Origin: Myxococcota bacterium
GTDB lineage: Bacteria; Myxococcota_A; UBA796; CAJQPC01
DNA length: 64,000 bases
Assembly: GCA_036012755.1 (NCBI GenBank)
Contig: DASCPX010000027.1
Span: forward strand, 224,001-288,000
Direction: 5' to 3'
The notes below the pieces were generated by a model that had not been told where the DNA came from, searched no databases, and saw nothing but the letters and a program-made list of their open reading frames with translations. Below are positions 36,119 through 44,132 of this stretch, piece after piece. A program made the translations under genes and the position numbers. Every line of letters starts with the position of its first letter. Position 1 is the first letter of the stretch.

Positions 36119-39100
36119 TCGAAGCTCACGACGTCGCGACGGCGGAGCAGCGCTGCCGCCTCGTCCTTGAGCTCCTGGCAGGCCAGGACACGGCGAGCCT
36201 CCGGGAGCTCCAAGACGAGGTGCACCGCGTCGTCTCGGCGAACGCGGAGGAAGACCGGGACCGTGCCCGCGTGGCGCTCGAGGAGCCCCTCGATACTGCG
36301 GAGCGTGCGCTTGCTGCGTGCCTCGGCGTGTCCCAGCTCCAACACGACACGACTGGTGGCCTTGCGCCGCAGCTCGCTCAGGAGCTCGGCTGACTCGGCC
36401 CTCAGCTTGACGCCCTCTGGAGACTTCTCGAGCCTGCCGCGGACCAGCACGGGCTCGCCCTGGCCCAGGGTCTTCTCCGACTCGGCCCAGGGCTTGCTGA
36501 AGAACACGCACTCCACCGACCCGGTCTCGTCGTCGAGGAAGACGAAGCCCATCTTGTCCCCGCGCTTGGTCCGCACCGCCCTGTGGGACGCCCGCATACC
36601 CGCGATCAGCACGTTGTCGCCGTCACCGTGCAGCTCGAGGTCCCCGATGCGACACGTGGCCCGCGCATCGACGAGCTCGGCGAAGGCCGTGACCGGGTGC
36701 CCGCTGAGGAAGAAGCCGAGGGCCTCGCGCTCCATCTGAAGCTCCTTCGCCAGGGACCACTGTGGGCTGTCCGGCATGCGGAAGGAGGGCTTGTTGGCCC
36801 CGCCGCCGAGCATGGAGAACAGCCCGACCTGGCCAGAAGCCTTGTCTGCCTGCTCCCGCTGGGCGTAGGCCAGCGCGCTCTCGATGGCGTCGAAGAGCTG
36901 CGCGCGATGGTGACCGGTCCAGTCGAAGGCGCCCGCCTTCACCAGGCTCTCGAGCACCTTCTTGTTGATCTGCTGCAGGTCCATGCGCTCCAGGAAGTCG
37001 ATGAAGTCAGCGAAGGGGCCAGACTCGCGGGCCCGCTCGAGCCCCTCGACCGCACCGCGTCCGACCCCCTTCAGGGCGCCGAGACCATAGCGGATGGAGG
37101 TCCGCGCCTCCGCCCGCACGTCGAAGCCATAGTGGGACTCGTTCGCGTCCGGAGGGAGGATCTCCAGGCCCGCTCGCTTGCAGTCGCTGATGTAGAGCAG
37201 GATCTTGTCGGTGTTGCCCGACTCGATGGTCATCAGGGCGGCCATGTACTCGGCGCGGTGGTTCGCCTTGAGCCAGGCCGTCTGGTAGCTGATGTAGCCA
37301 TAGGCGGCGCTGTGGCTCTTGTTGAAGCCATAGGCGGCGAACTTGGCGAGCAGGTCGAAGATCTCCTGCGCCTTGCCCTCTGCGAAGCCGTTGGCGACCG
37401 CGCCGTCCAGGAAGCGCTGGCGCTGCTTTGCCATCTCGGAGGCCTTCTTCTTGCCCATCGCGCGCCTGAGCAGGTCTGCCTCGCCCAGCGAGTAGCTCGC
37501 CATCACCTGGGCGATCTGCATGACCTGTTCCTGGTAGACGACCACCCCGTAGGTCGACCGAAGGATGGACTCCAGCTCGGGCAGCGGGAACACGACCCGC
37601 TTGCGCCCGTGCTTTCGATCGACGAAGTCGTCGACCATGCCCGAGTTCAGCGGACCAGGTCGGTACAAGGCGACGAGCGCGACCACGTCGGCGAGGCAGT
37701 CGGGCCGGAGCTTGGTGAGGAGCTCGCGCATGCCGCTGGACTCGACCTGGAAGACCCCGAGTCCGTCCCCGCGGGACAGCAGCTCGAAGGCCGCGGGGTC
37801 GTGCTCGTCGACGGTGCTCATGTCGATCTTCTCGCCGGTGTTGCGCTCGATGAGCGCGACGGCGTCGCGGATCTGGTCGAGGGTCTTCAGCCCGAGGAAG
37901 TCGAACTTGATGAGACCGATCGACTCGGCCGAGCCCATGTCGAACTGGACGACCGGCCCACCATCGGGCCCGTCGCGGTAGAGCGGGCAGAGCTCGACCA
38001 GCGGTCGGTCCGCGATGACCACCCCCGCGGCGTGCACTCCGGTCTGGCGTGTGTGGCCCTCGACCGTGCGCGCGAGGGAGTAGACCCGCCGCACCCGTGG
38101 GTCGCCGTCGTGGAGCCTGGACAGCGCCTCCTCTGTCAGCGCCTCCTCGAGGGTGATGCCGAGCTCGTTCGGGATGAGCTTCGAGATGCGGTCGGCGTCG
38201 TTGAAGGTGATGTCGCAGACCCGCGCGACGTCACGCACCGCGGCCTTCGCCTTCAGGTTCCCGTAGGTGATGATCTGGGCGACGTAGTCCTTGCCGTACT
38301 TCTGGCGCGTGTGCTCTATGACCTCCTCGCGGCGGTCCTGGCAGAAGTCGATGTCGACGTCCGGCATCGAGACGCGCTCGGGGTTCAAGAAGCGCTCGAA
38401 GAGCAGGTCGAACTTCAGTGGATCGACGTCGGTGATGCGCATCGAGTACGCCACCAGCGAGCCAGCCGCCGAGCCGCGGCCGGGGCCGACGGGGATGTCC
38501 TGGTCCTTTGCCCAGTTGATGAACTCGGCGACGATCAGGAAGTAGGCCGAGAACCCCATCTTCTCGATGATCGAGAACTCGGTCTCCAGCCGCTCCCAGT
38601 AGCCCGGATGCTCGGCCTCCGGAATGCGCTCGAGGCGCTTGTGGAGCCCGCGACTCGCGTACCACTCGAAGTAGCCGTCCAGGCTGCCAGCCCCCGGTCC
38701 CGGGCTGGCGTCGAAGTCCTTCGGAGGGGGAAAGGCCTGGTAGAAGAAGCTCCGGTTGGCCTCTGTGTCTCCCTCCTCCGGCGGCTTGCTCGCCGGGAAG
38801 TAGTAGGTGTCGTCGTCGAAAGCGAACTGGCAGCGCTCCGCGATGAGCGCGGTCCGGTCGAGGGCCTCTGCGTCGTGCGGGAACAGCGCCCGCATCTGCT
38901 CCTCGCTCTTGAGGTAGAGCTGGTCCGTGACCGGGCGGCGGCGCTTGAGGTCGTTGAGCGAGGTGCCCGCGCCGATGCACTGGACGAGGTCGAGGCTCGG
39001 CGCGTCGATGGGCCGGAGGTAGTGCACGGCGTTGGTGACGACGGTCTGGTTCCCGAAGCGCGCGGCCAACTCCCGACAGCCCTCGTTGGCCCGGTCGTCT

Positions 39101-39642
39101 CCGTCGAAGCCGACGTCTTGGAGCTCCAGGTAGAGGTGTTCGGCGTCGAAGACCTCGGCGAGGCCCTCGAACTTCCAGCGCGCCTCGTCGATCCGGCCGC
39201 GCGCAAGGGCGTCGCGCACCGGGCCGCGCATGCCAGAGGTCAGCGCGATGAGCCCCTCGGCTCGGCCCCTGAGGATGTCGAGGTCGACCCGCGGCTTGTA
39301 GTACATGCCCTCGAAGATCGCCTCTGTGAGCAGCGCGCAGAGGTTGCGGTAGCCCTGGTCGTTCTCGATCAGCAGCAGCAGGTGGTAGCCGCCCAGCGGC
39401 CCCGCTGGATCTCGCGTCCCGATGCCCTCGTGCTGCACCCAGACCCCCGCCCCGAAGACCGGGTGCACCCCCGCGGCCTTGCAGCTGTCGTGGAACTGCA
39501 CCGCGCCGTAGAGGTTGCAGTGGTCGGTGAGCGCGACGGCTGGCTGCTCGAGGGCGGCCACGGCCGGAGCCAGCTTCTTCAGCGCCAGCGCGCTGTCCAA
39601 CAGCGAGTACTGGCTGTGGACGTGGAGGTGGGCGAAGGCCAC
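36115..39642 (-). CDS. dnaE: DNA polymerase III alpha subunit
   Basis: HLHVHSQYSLLD PHP domain, GPGRGSAAGS, FERFLNPER.SMPDVDIDF, GLIKFDFLGL, YGFNKSH, C-terminal OB fold. Confidence 0.98.
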   Translation of the reverse strand: MAFAHLHVHSQYSLLDSALALKKLAPAVAALEQPAVALTDHCNLYGAVQFHDSCKAAGVHPVFGAGVWVQHEGIGTRDPAGPLGGYHLLLLIENDQGYRNLCALLTEAIFEGMYYKPRVDLDILRGRAEGLIALTSGMRGPVRDALARGRIDEARWKFEGLAEVFDAEHLYLELQDVGFDGDDRANEGCRELAARFGNQTVVTNAVHYLRPIDAPSLDLVQCIGAGTSLNDLKRRRPVTDQLYLKSEEQMRALFPHDAEALDRTALIAERCQFAFDDDTYYFPASKPPEEGDTEANRSFFYQAFPPPKDFDASPGPGAGSLDGYFEWYASRGLHKRLERIPEAEHPGYWERLETEFSIIEKMGFSAYFLIVAEFINWAKDQDIPVGPGRGSAAGSLVAYSMRITDVDPLKFDLLFERFLNPERVSMPDVDIDFCQDRREEVIEHTRQKYGKDYVAQIITYGNLKAKAAVRDVARVCDITFNDADRISKLIPNELGITLEEALTEEALSRLHDGDPRVRRVYSLARTVEGHTRQTGVHAAGVVIADRPLVELCPLYRDGPDGGPVVQFDMGSAESIGLIKFDFLGLKTLDQIRDAVALIERNTGEKIDMSTVDEHDPAAFELLSRGDGLGVFQVESSGMRELLTKLRPDCLADVVALVALYRPGPLNSGMVDDFVDRKHGRKRVVFPLPELESILRSTYGVVVYQEQVMQIAQVMASYSLGEADLLRRAMGKKKASEMAKQRQRFLDGAVANGFAEGKAQEIFDLLAKFAAYGFNKSHSAAYGYISYQTAWLKANHRAEYMAALMTIESGNTDKILLYISDCKRAGLEILPPDANESHYGFDVRAEARTSIRYGLGALKGVGRGAVEGLERARESGPFADFIDFLERMDLQQINKKVLESLVKAGAFDWTGHHRAQLFDAIESALAYAQREQADKASGQVGLFSMLGGGANKPSFRMPDSPQWSLAKELQMEREALGFFLSGHPVTAFAELVDARATCRIGDLELHGDGDNVLIAGMRASHRAVRTKRGDKMGFVFLDDETGSVECVFFSKPWAESEKTLGQGEPVLVRGRLEKSPEGVKLRAESAELLSELRRKATSRVVLELGHAEARSKRTLRSIEGLLERHAGTVPVFLRVRRDDAVHLVLELPEARRVLACQELKDEAAALLRRRDVVSFE

Positions 39643-39645
39643 GAG

Positions 39646-41112
39646 CTAGCCGAGTTCGTACAGGTTGATGTACCGGCTGCCCTGGATCGGGATGCGCCCG
39701 AGCATGGTGGTCTTCTTGTTCACCTGGCGGCGCCCGACCTCTGTGAGCAACACGCGGCCGCGATGAGCGGAGAGGTTCATCATCCACCGGGCCAGGTAGA
39801 AGGGCCCGGCGAGCTCCCAGCCGTCCTGCGGGCGCCGTGTGTCCGGGGTCAGGCGGGCGACACCTGGGGCCACCCCGGCGCTGAGCCGATAGCCGGCGCG
39901 CAGCGTGGCCTGTTGCAGCGCCAGAGCGGCACGGACCGCGCGACTGACTGTCTCCCGAAGGCCGCCGCGGGCAACCCAGACCACCAACAGCGAACCCTCG
40001 GCCTGCTCCCACATCTCCCCGCCGAGATCGTTCACGATCCCGGTCCACTCCTGCGTGAGCGAGGCCAGCGTCGCCCGGGGAGCGGCGATGCTACGCGGTG
40101 GTGGCGACGCCTCGACGGCCAGCACCACGACGGCGCTGGGAGGCATCGAGCGTGGCGGACGCTTCGTCGGCTGCCGGCCCTCCGCCTTCGCCGTGGCGAC
40201 CTCGATGACCTCCTTCATGTAGGTGGCGAGGTCCGTGTTGTTGGCCCTGAGCCCCTCGCGAACGATGATGGCGGACAGCGAGTCGAGCATCTCGCCCGCG
40301 TCGGCGAAGCGCTGCTCCGGGTACCGTGACAGGGCCTTGAGCAGGAAGTCCTCGAGCTCCTCGGAGAGATCCGGGCGGAAGCCGCGCGGGCTCGGGACCT
40401 CTGCTCGCTTCACCCGGGCCAGCGTGTCCTCGCGCGAGCGCGCCTTGAACAGGCGGCGGCCAGTCAACAGCTCGTAGGCGACGATGCCGAGGGAGAACTG
40501 GTCGGAGCGCCCGTCCAGCGGCTTTCCTTCGACCTGCTCGGGGCTCATGTAGGCGTACTTGCCGCGGATGACGTCGTGCTGCTCGGTGGCCTGGAAGCTG
40601 GCCCGCGAGATGCCGAAGTCCGTGATCTTCACCTCGCCCGAGAAGCTGATCAGCAGGTTCTGGGGCGAGATGTCGCAGTGGACGATGTTGAGGTGACGGC
40701 CCTCGTCGTCGCGCCTGTCGTGGGCGAACTGCAGCGCCTTGAGCGCCTCGACCAGCACGAAGGTGGCGAGGTGGATCGGGAAGGCACCGACCTTGTTGGC
40801 ACGGTTCACGAGGCGGGCGAGATCCAGCCCGTGCACGTACTCCATCGCCATGTAGTAGGAGCCGTTCTCCTCGCCGAGCTCGAAGACCTGAACGATGTTG
40901 ACGTGGATGAGGCTGACCGCGATGCGGGCCTCGTCGATGAACAGGTTGACGAACTCCTCGTCACGGCTGAGGTGGTCGAGGATCCGCTTGATCACCAGGA
41001 TCTTCTCGAAGCCCGCCATCCCGTAGCTGCGGGCCCTGTAGACCTCGGCCATGCCGCCCGTGGCGATCTTCTCGAGCAGGTGGTACTTGCCGAAGACCTC
41101 AGGCTGTGCCAC
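39646..41112 (-). CDS. Cytoplasmic Ser/Thr kinase with a C-terminal degenerate class III nucleotide cyclase-like domain
   Basis: GGMAEVY, LVIKRI, HCDISPQN, DFG, GKYAYMSPEQ; C-terminal fold pattern GG.......S....W..AVRAALAL..LSAG..G..LA.......G.VLLTE. GTG 41112 with GGGAG RBS. Confidence 0.85.
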   Translation of the reverse strand: MAQPEVFGKYHLLEKIATGGMAEVYRARSYGMAGFEKILVIKRILDHLSRDEEFVNLFIDEARIAVSLIHVNIVQVFELGEENGSYYMAMEYVHGLDLARLVNRANKVGAFPIHLATFVLVEALKALQFAHDRRDDEGRHLNIVHCDISPQNLLISFSGEVKITDFGISRASFQATEQHDVIRGKYAYMSPEQVEGKPLDGRSDQFSLGIVAYELLTGRRLFKARSREDTLARVKRAEVPSPRGFRPDLSEELEDFLLKALSRYPEQRFADAGEMLDSLSAIIVREGLRANNTDLATYMKEVIEVATAKAEGRQPTKRPPRSMPPSAVVVLAVEASPPPRSIAAPRATLASLTQEWTGIVNDLGGEMWEQAEGSLLVVWVARGGLRETVSRAVRAALALQQATLRAGYRLSAGVAPGVARLTPDTRRPQDGWELAGPFYLARWMMNLSAHRGRVLLTEVGRRQVNKKTTMLGRIPIQGSRYINLYELG

Positions 41113-41155
41113 GACCACGCTCCCAGGACCGCTGGTACATATCACTCGGGACCCC

Positions 41156-41920
41156 ATGACGCCCTTCGACGAGCTCCGAGCCATCGTCGAGCGCCTCCGG
41201 GCTCCAGAGGGCTGTCCGTGGGACCGGGCGCAGACCCCCCGTAGCCTTCGACCCTACCTGGTCGAGGAGACCTACGAGGTCATCGACGCCATCGAGTCGG
41301 GTGACCCCGAAGAGCTGAGGAAGGAGCTGGGTGATCTGCTCTTCCAGGTGATGCTGCTGTCCGAGATGGCTCACCAGGCCGGCCACTTCTCGATCGACGA
41401 GGTCGCCGCTGGCATCGCCGAGAAGATGGTCCGCCGCCACCCCCACGTCTTCGAGGAGGGCCACGAAGAGGACGACGCTGGCACCGTCGCGGCGTGGGAG
41501 GCCCGGAAGGCCCGCGAGCGCGGCGCCGGGGGATCGGTGCTCGACGGGGTCCCGACGGCCCTCCCCGCCCTGATCCGCGCCCACCGGGTCGGTGAGAAGG
41601 TCAGCCGCGTGGGCTTCGACTGGTCCTCTGCAGGTGGCGCCCGGGACAAGGTCACCGAGGAGCTCGCAGAGCTCGACGAGGCCATGTCTACGGGTGACGC
41701 CGAGCGGATCCGTGCCGAGTATGGAGACGTGTTGCTCGCGATGGCCAGCCTCGGACGCCTGCTCGACATCGGCCCCGAAGAGGCCCTGCGCGAAGCCAAC
41801 GCTCGCTTCGAGCAGCGCTTTCGCGGCGTCGAGGGCCGGGTCCACGGCAGCGGTCGGCTCATGGCGGAGCTCAGCCCGGAGGAGCTCGAGGAGCACTGGG
41901 AGCAGGTCAAGAGATGCTGA
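41156..41920 (+). CDS. mazG: Nucleoside triphosphate pyrophosphohydrolase MazG
   Basis: RLRAPEGCPWD, EETYEV.DAI, ELGDLLFQ, RRHPHVF, GFDW, second MazG domain. Confidence 0.96.
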   Translation: MTPFDELRAIVERLRAPEGCPWDRAQTPRSLRPYLVEETYEVIDAIESGDPEELRKELGDLLFQVMLLSEMAHQAGHFSIDEVAAGIAEKMVRRHPHVFEEGHEEDDAGTVAAWEARKARERGAGGSVLDGVPTALPALIRAHRVGEKVSRVGFDWSSAGGARDKVTEELAELDEAMSTGDAERIRAEYGDVLLAMASLGRLLDIGPEEALREANARFEQRFRGVEGRVHGSGRLMAELSPEELEEHWEQVKRC

Positions 41921-42369
41921 AGCTGTTCCTCCTGTTCACCGTCACCACCTCGGTCGAGTTGTTCCTGCTCATCAAGATCGGCGAGCACATCGGGGCCCTC
42001 GCCACGGTCGGCATCATCCTCACGACCGGCGCCATCGGGTCGTGGCTGGCGAAGCGAGAGGGACTGGGCGTGCTCAAGAAGCTGGAGACGGAGAGCCGCG
42101 CCGGCTTCCCGAGCGGCAACCGCATCGTCGAGGGGCTGCTCATCCTGGTGGGCTGCGTGCTCCTCGTCACCCCCGGCGTGCTCACCGACGCCTTCGGCTT
42201 TGCGCTCTTGATCCCCTTCACCCGCGAGCGCATGGCACCACACGTGAAGCGCTACCTGCTGAAGAAGTTCGGCATGACGGCAGTCACCGGCGACGCAGCG
42301 AGAGTGGTCCCACCTCAGTCTCCGCCGGCTCCGTCGACGCCCACGCCCTTCGACCACCCGGAGGGCTGA
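41914..42369 (+). CDS. fxsA: FxsA-family membrane protein
   Basis: ELFLLIKIG..IG...T, LLVTPG.LTD..G..LL.P..R. Confidence 0.9.
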   Translation: MLKLFLLFTVTTSVELFLLIKIGEHIGALATVGIILTTGAIGSWLAKREGLGVLKKLETESRAGFPSGNRIVEGLLILVGCVLLVTPGVLTDAFGFALLIPFTRERMAPHVKRYLLKKFGMTAVTGDAARVVPPQSPPAPSTPTPFDHPEG

Positions 42370-42372
42370 GGT

Positions 42373-42855
42373 CTACTCCTCCCCTTCCATCTGGAAGGCG
42401 AAGTAGCCGGCGTGCGCGTTGTCCGGATCGAGCCGCGCGGCCTCGTCGAAGTGCTGCTTGTACTCGGCGACCAGCCCCTTGAAGACCCCCGGGTCGCCGA
42501 AGAGGACCTCGTCGCAGTCGGCGCGCCGGCGAAGGACCTCGGCCAGCTGGCCGTGAGCGACGCTGAGCATCTGCTCCTCGCTGATGTCGTCGACCCACTG
42601 CCCGCCGGCCAGGAACACAACCAGGGCCTCTCGGGTCTGGTGCTCCGCCTCTTCGAGGTGCCCCATCTCCAGCCGGATCCGCCCCAGCTCGAGCCGGGGC
42701 TCCGCAAGGCGAGGTTCGCCCCTGAGCACCCCCTCGAGGAGCTTCACGGCGCTGTCCGCGTCGCCGCGACGGTTGTACTCCAGCGCCGCGAGGAACTGCT
42801 CCTGCAGGGCCTGGAGCTGCTGCTCGTCTTCCCGGGTCGTGTCGTCCATCCCCAC
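42373..42855 (-). CDS. TPR protein
   Basis: TPR-like EPRLAEPRLELGRI.LEMG.LEEAE and F.EA..LDPDN. Start 42855 or 42849. Confidence 0.8.
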   Translation of the reverse strand: MGMDDTTREDEQQLQALQEQFLAALEYNRRGDADSAVKLLEGVLRGEPRLAEPRLELGRIRLEMGHLEEAEHQTREALVVFLAGGQWVDDISEEQMLSVAHGQLAEVLRRRADCDEVLFGDPGVFKGLVAEYKQHFDEAARLDPDNAHAGYFAFQMEGEE

Positions 42856-42858
42856 GTC

Positions 42859-43455
42859 CTAGTCCTCGAACTCACCCTCGTCCAGGTGTCGCCTGATGGC
42901 GGCCTCGTTGTTCCTGCACACAGCAGCGCGGATCGGATCTCCACGACGCTCGTGCAGGTCCGCCATCGAGCCATGGAGCTCGGGGTCCAGCGGGAGCAGG
43001 CCCAGGGCGGTCTCGAGGCACTCCCGAGCCTCGTCCAGGTCGTCGTGGATGAGCGCGATCATGCCGCGGTGGTACCAGGCCAGCGCGAACCACGGCTCCC
43101 GCGCGGCGACCTCCGAGAAGCGCACCCGAGCACCATCGAGGTCCTCGCGTTCCACCATCTCCAGCGCCTCACCGAAGAGCGCGCGGAGCTCCTCGAAGCG
43201 CGCCGAGGACCAGATCTCATCCTGGAAGGCGGAGATGTCGAACCAGAAGGGACGAGCTCGCTCGCAGCGGACACAGGTGGTGTCCTGCCGCTCGAAATGC
43301 GGCGGCACGAGGGCGTGTCCGAGGGTCTCGAAGCTCCCACCACAGGGACAGCGCTGGGAGTGGATGTACACCAGCTCCTGGGGCCACGAGGTCACCGGAA
43401 CAGGATCGCGCCGCGTCAGCCCGCGCTCCATCATCAGTGGGAAGCTCAGCTCCAT
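42859..43455 (-). CDS. Putative Zn-ribbon plus TPR protein
   Basis: CPCGG...CVRC..F.FDIS.F N-terminal domain followed by TPRs (EPWFALAWYHRG, ALGLLP.DP). Confidence 0.75.
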   Translation of the reverse strand: MELSFPLMMERGLTRRDPVPVTSWPQELVYIHSQRCPCGGSFETLGHALVPPHFERQDTTCVRCERARPFWFDISAFQDEIWSSARFEELRALFGEALEMVEREDLDGARVRFSEVAAREPWFALAWYHRGMIALIHDDLDEARECLETALGLLPLDPELHGSMADLHERRGDPIRAAVCRNNEAAIRRHLDEGEFED

Positions 43456-44132
43456 CGGGGCAGTCCTACCCGGACTCGCGTGCCCGGGCTCGCGTCCAGG
43501 AGCTCCAAGGTGCCCCCGCAGCGCTCGACGAGCTCCCTGGAGATGGCCAGCCCGAGTCCGGTGCCTCGCCCCGGAGCCTTGGTCGTGAAGAAGGGCTCGA
43601 AGACGCGCTCGCGGATGGCGGGGTCGATGCCCGGGCCCCGGTCCCGGACCTCGAGGAAGACCCTGTCGCCGACGAATTCGTTCAGCAGGGAGACCGTGGC
43701 GTCAGCTGGCGAAGCGTCGATGGCGTTGTTCACGAGGTTGACGACGACCTGCATCATCGCGACGTGGTCGCCGCGAGCCGCAGGGGCCCGATGATCCCGC
43801 TGAACGTCCAGGGTGACGCCCCTTCGCTTGCCTCGATGACGGAGGAGCTCCGCCGCCTGGTCGAGCACGGCGCCGCTGTCCACGGGCCCTGGTTCGCCGT
43901 TGGTGTGCCTCGCGTAGGTCGTGATGCCCTCGACCAGGGTGCCGAGGTAGTCGACCTGGCGCAGGAGCTCACCGCTGAGCTCGCTGTGCTCCCCGTCGAG
44001 CCTGGCGCTCAGGATCTGGCTGAGGGAGCGGATGGCGAACAGCGGCTGGCGCAGCTCGTGCGAGAGCGTCGCGGTCATCAACCCGAGCTCGGCGAGACGC
44101 GCTTTGTCCGAGAGGGACTTGTCTTCGCTCAC
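43446..44132 (-). CDS. Sensor-less histidine kinase (HisKA plus HATPase only)
   Basis: GTG 44132 overlaps the upstream stop. H-box SHELRQPL, N-box NLVNNA, G1 DRGPG, F-box FEPFFTTK, G2 GTGLGL. Confidence 0.9.
   Translation of the reverse strand: MSEDKSLSDKARLAELGLMTATLSHELRQPLFAIRSLSQILSARLDGEHSELSGELLRQVDYLGTLVEGITTYARHTNGEPGPVDSGAVLDQAAELLRHRGKRRGVTLDVQRDHRAPAARGDHVAMMQVVVNLVNNAIDASPADATVSLLNEFVGDRVFLEVRDRGPGIDPAIRERVFEPFFTTKAPGRGTGLGLAISRELVERCGGTLELLDASPGTRVRVGLPRWS

Noticed and set aside
37300..37345. Intein in dnaE
   Set aside because: The FAAYGFNKSH region is uninterrupted and the protein length is normal.
36583..40329. 1248-aa plus-strand ORF
   Set aside because: Antisense shadow of dnaE and the kinase. 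The same applies to the other long antisense or alternate-frame ORFs (e.g. 12167-14410, 44846-47008, 48812-50827).
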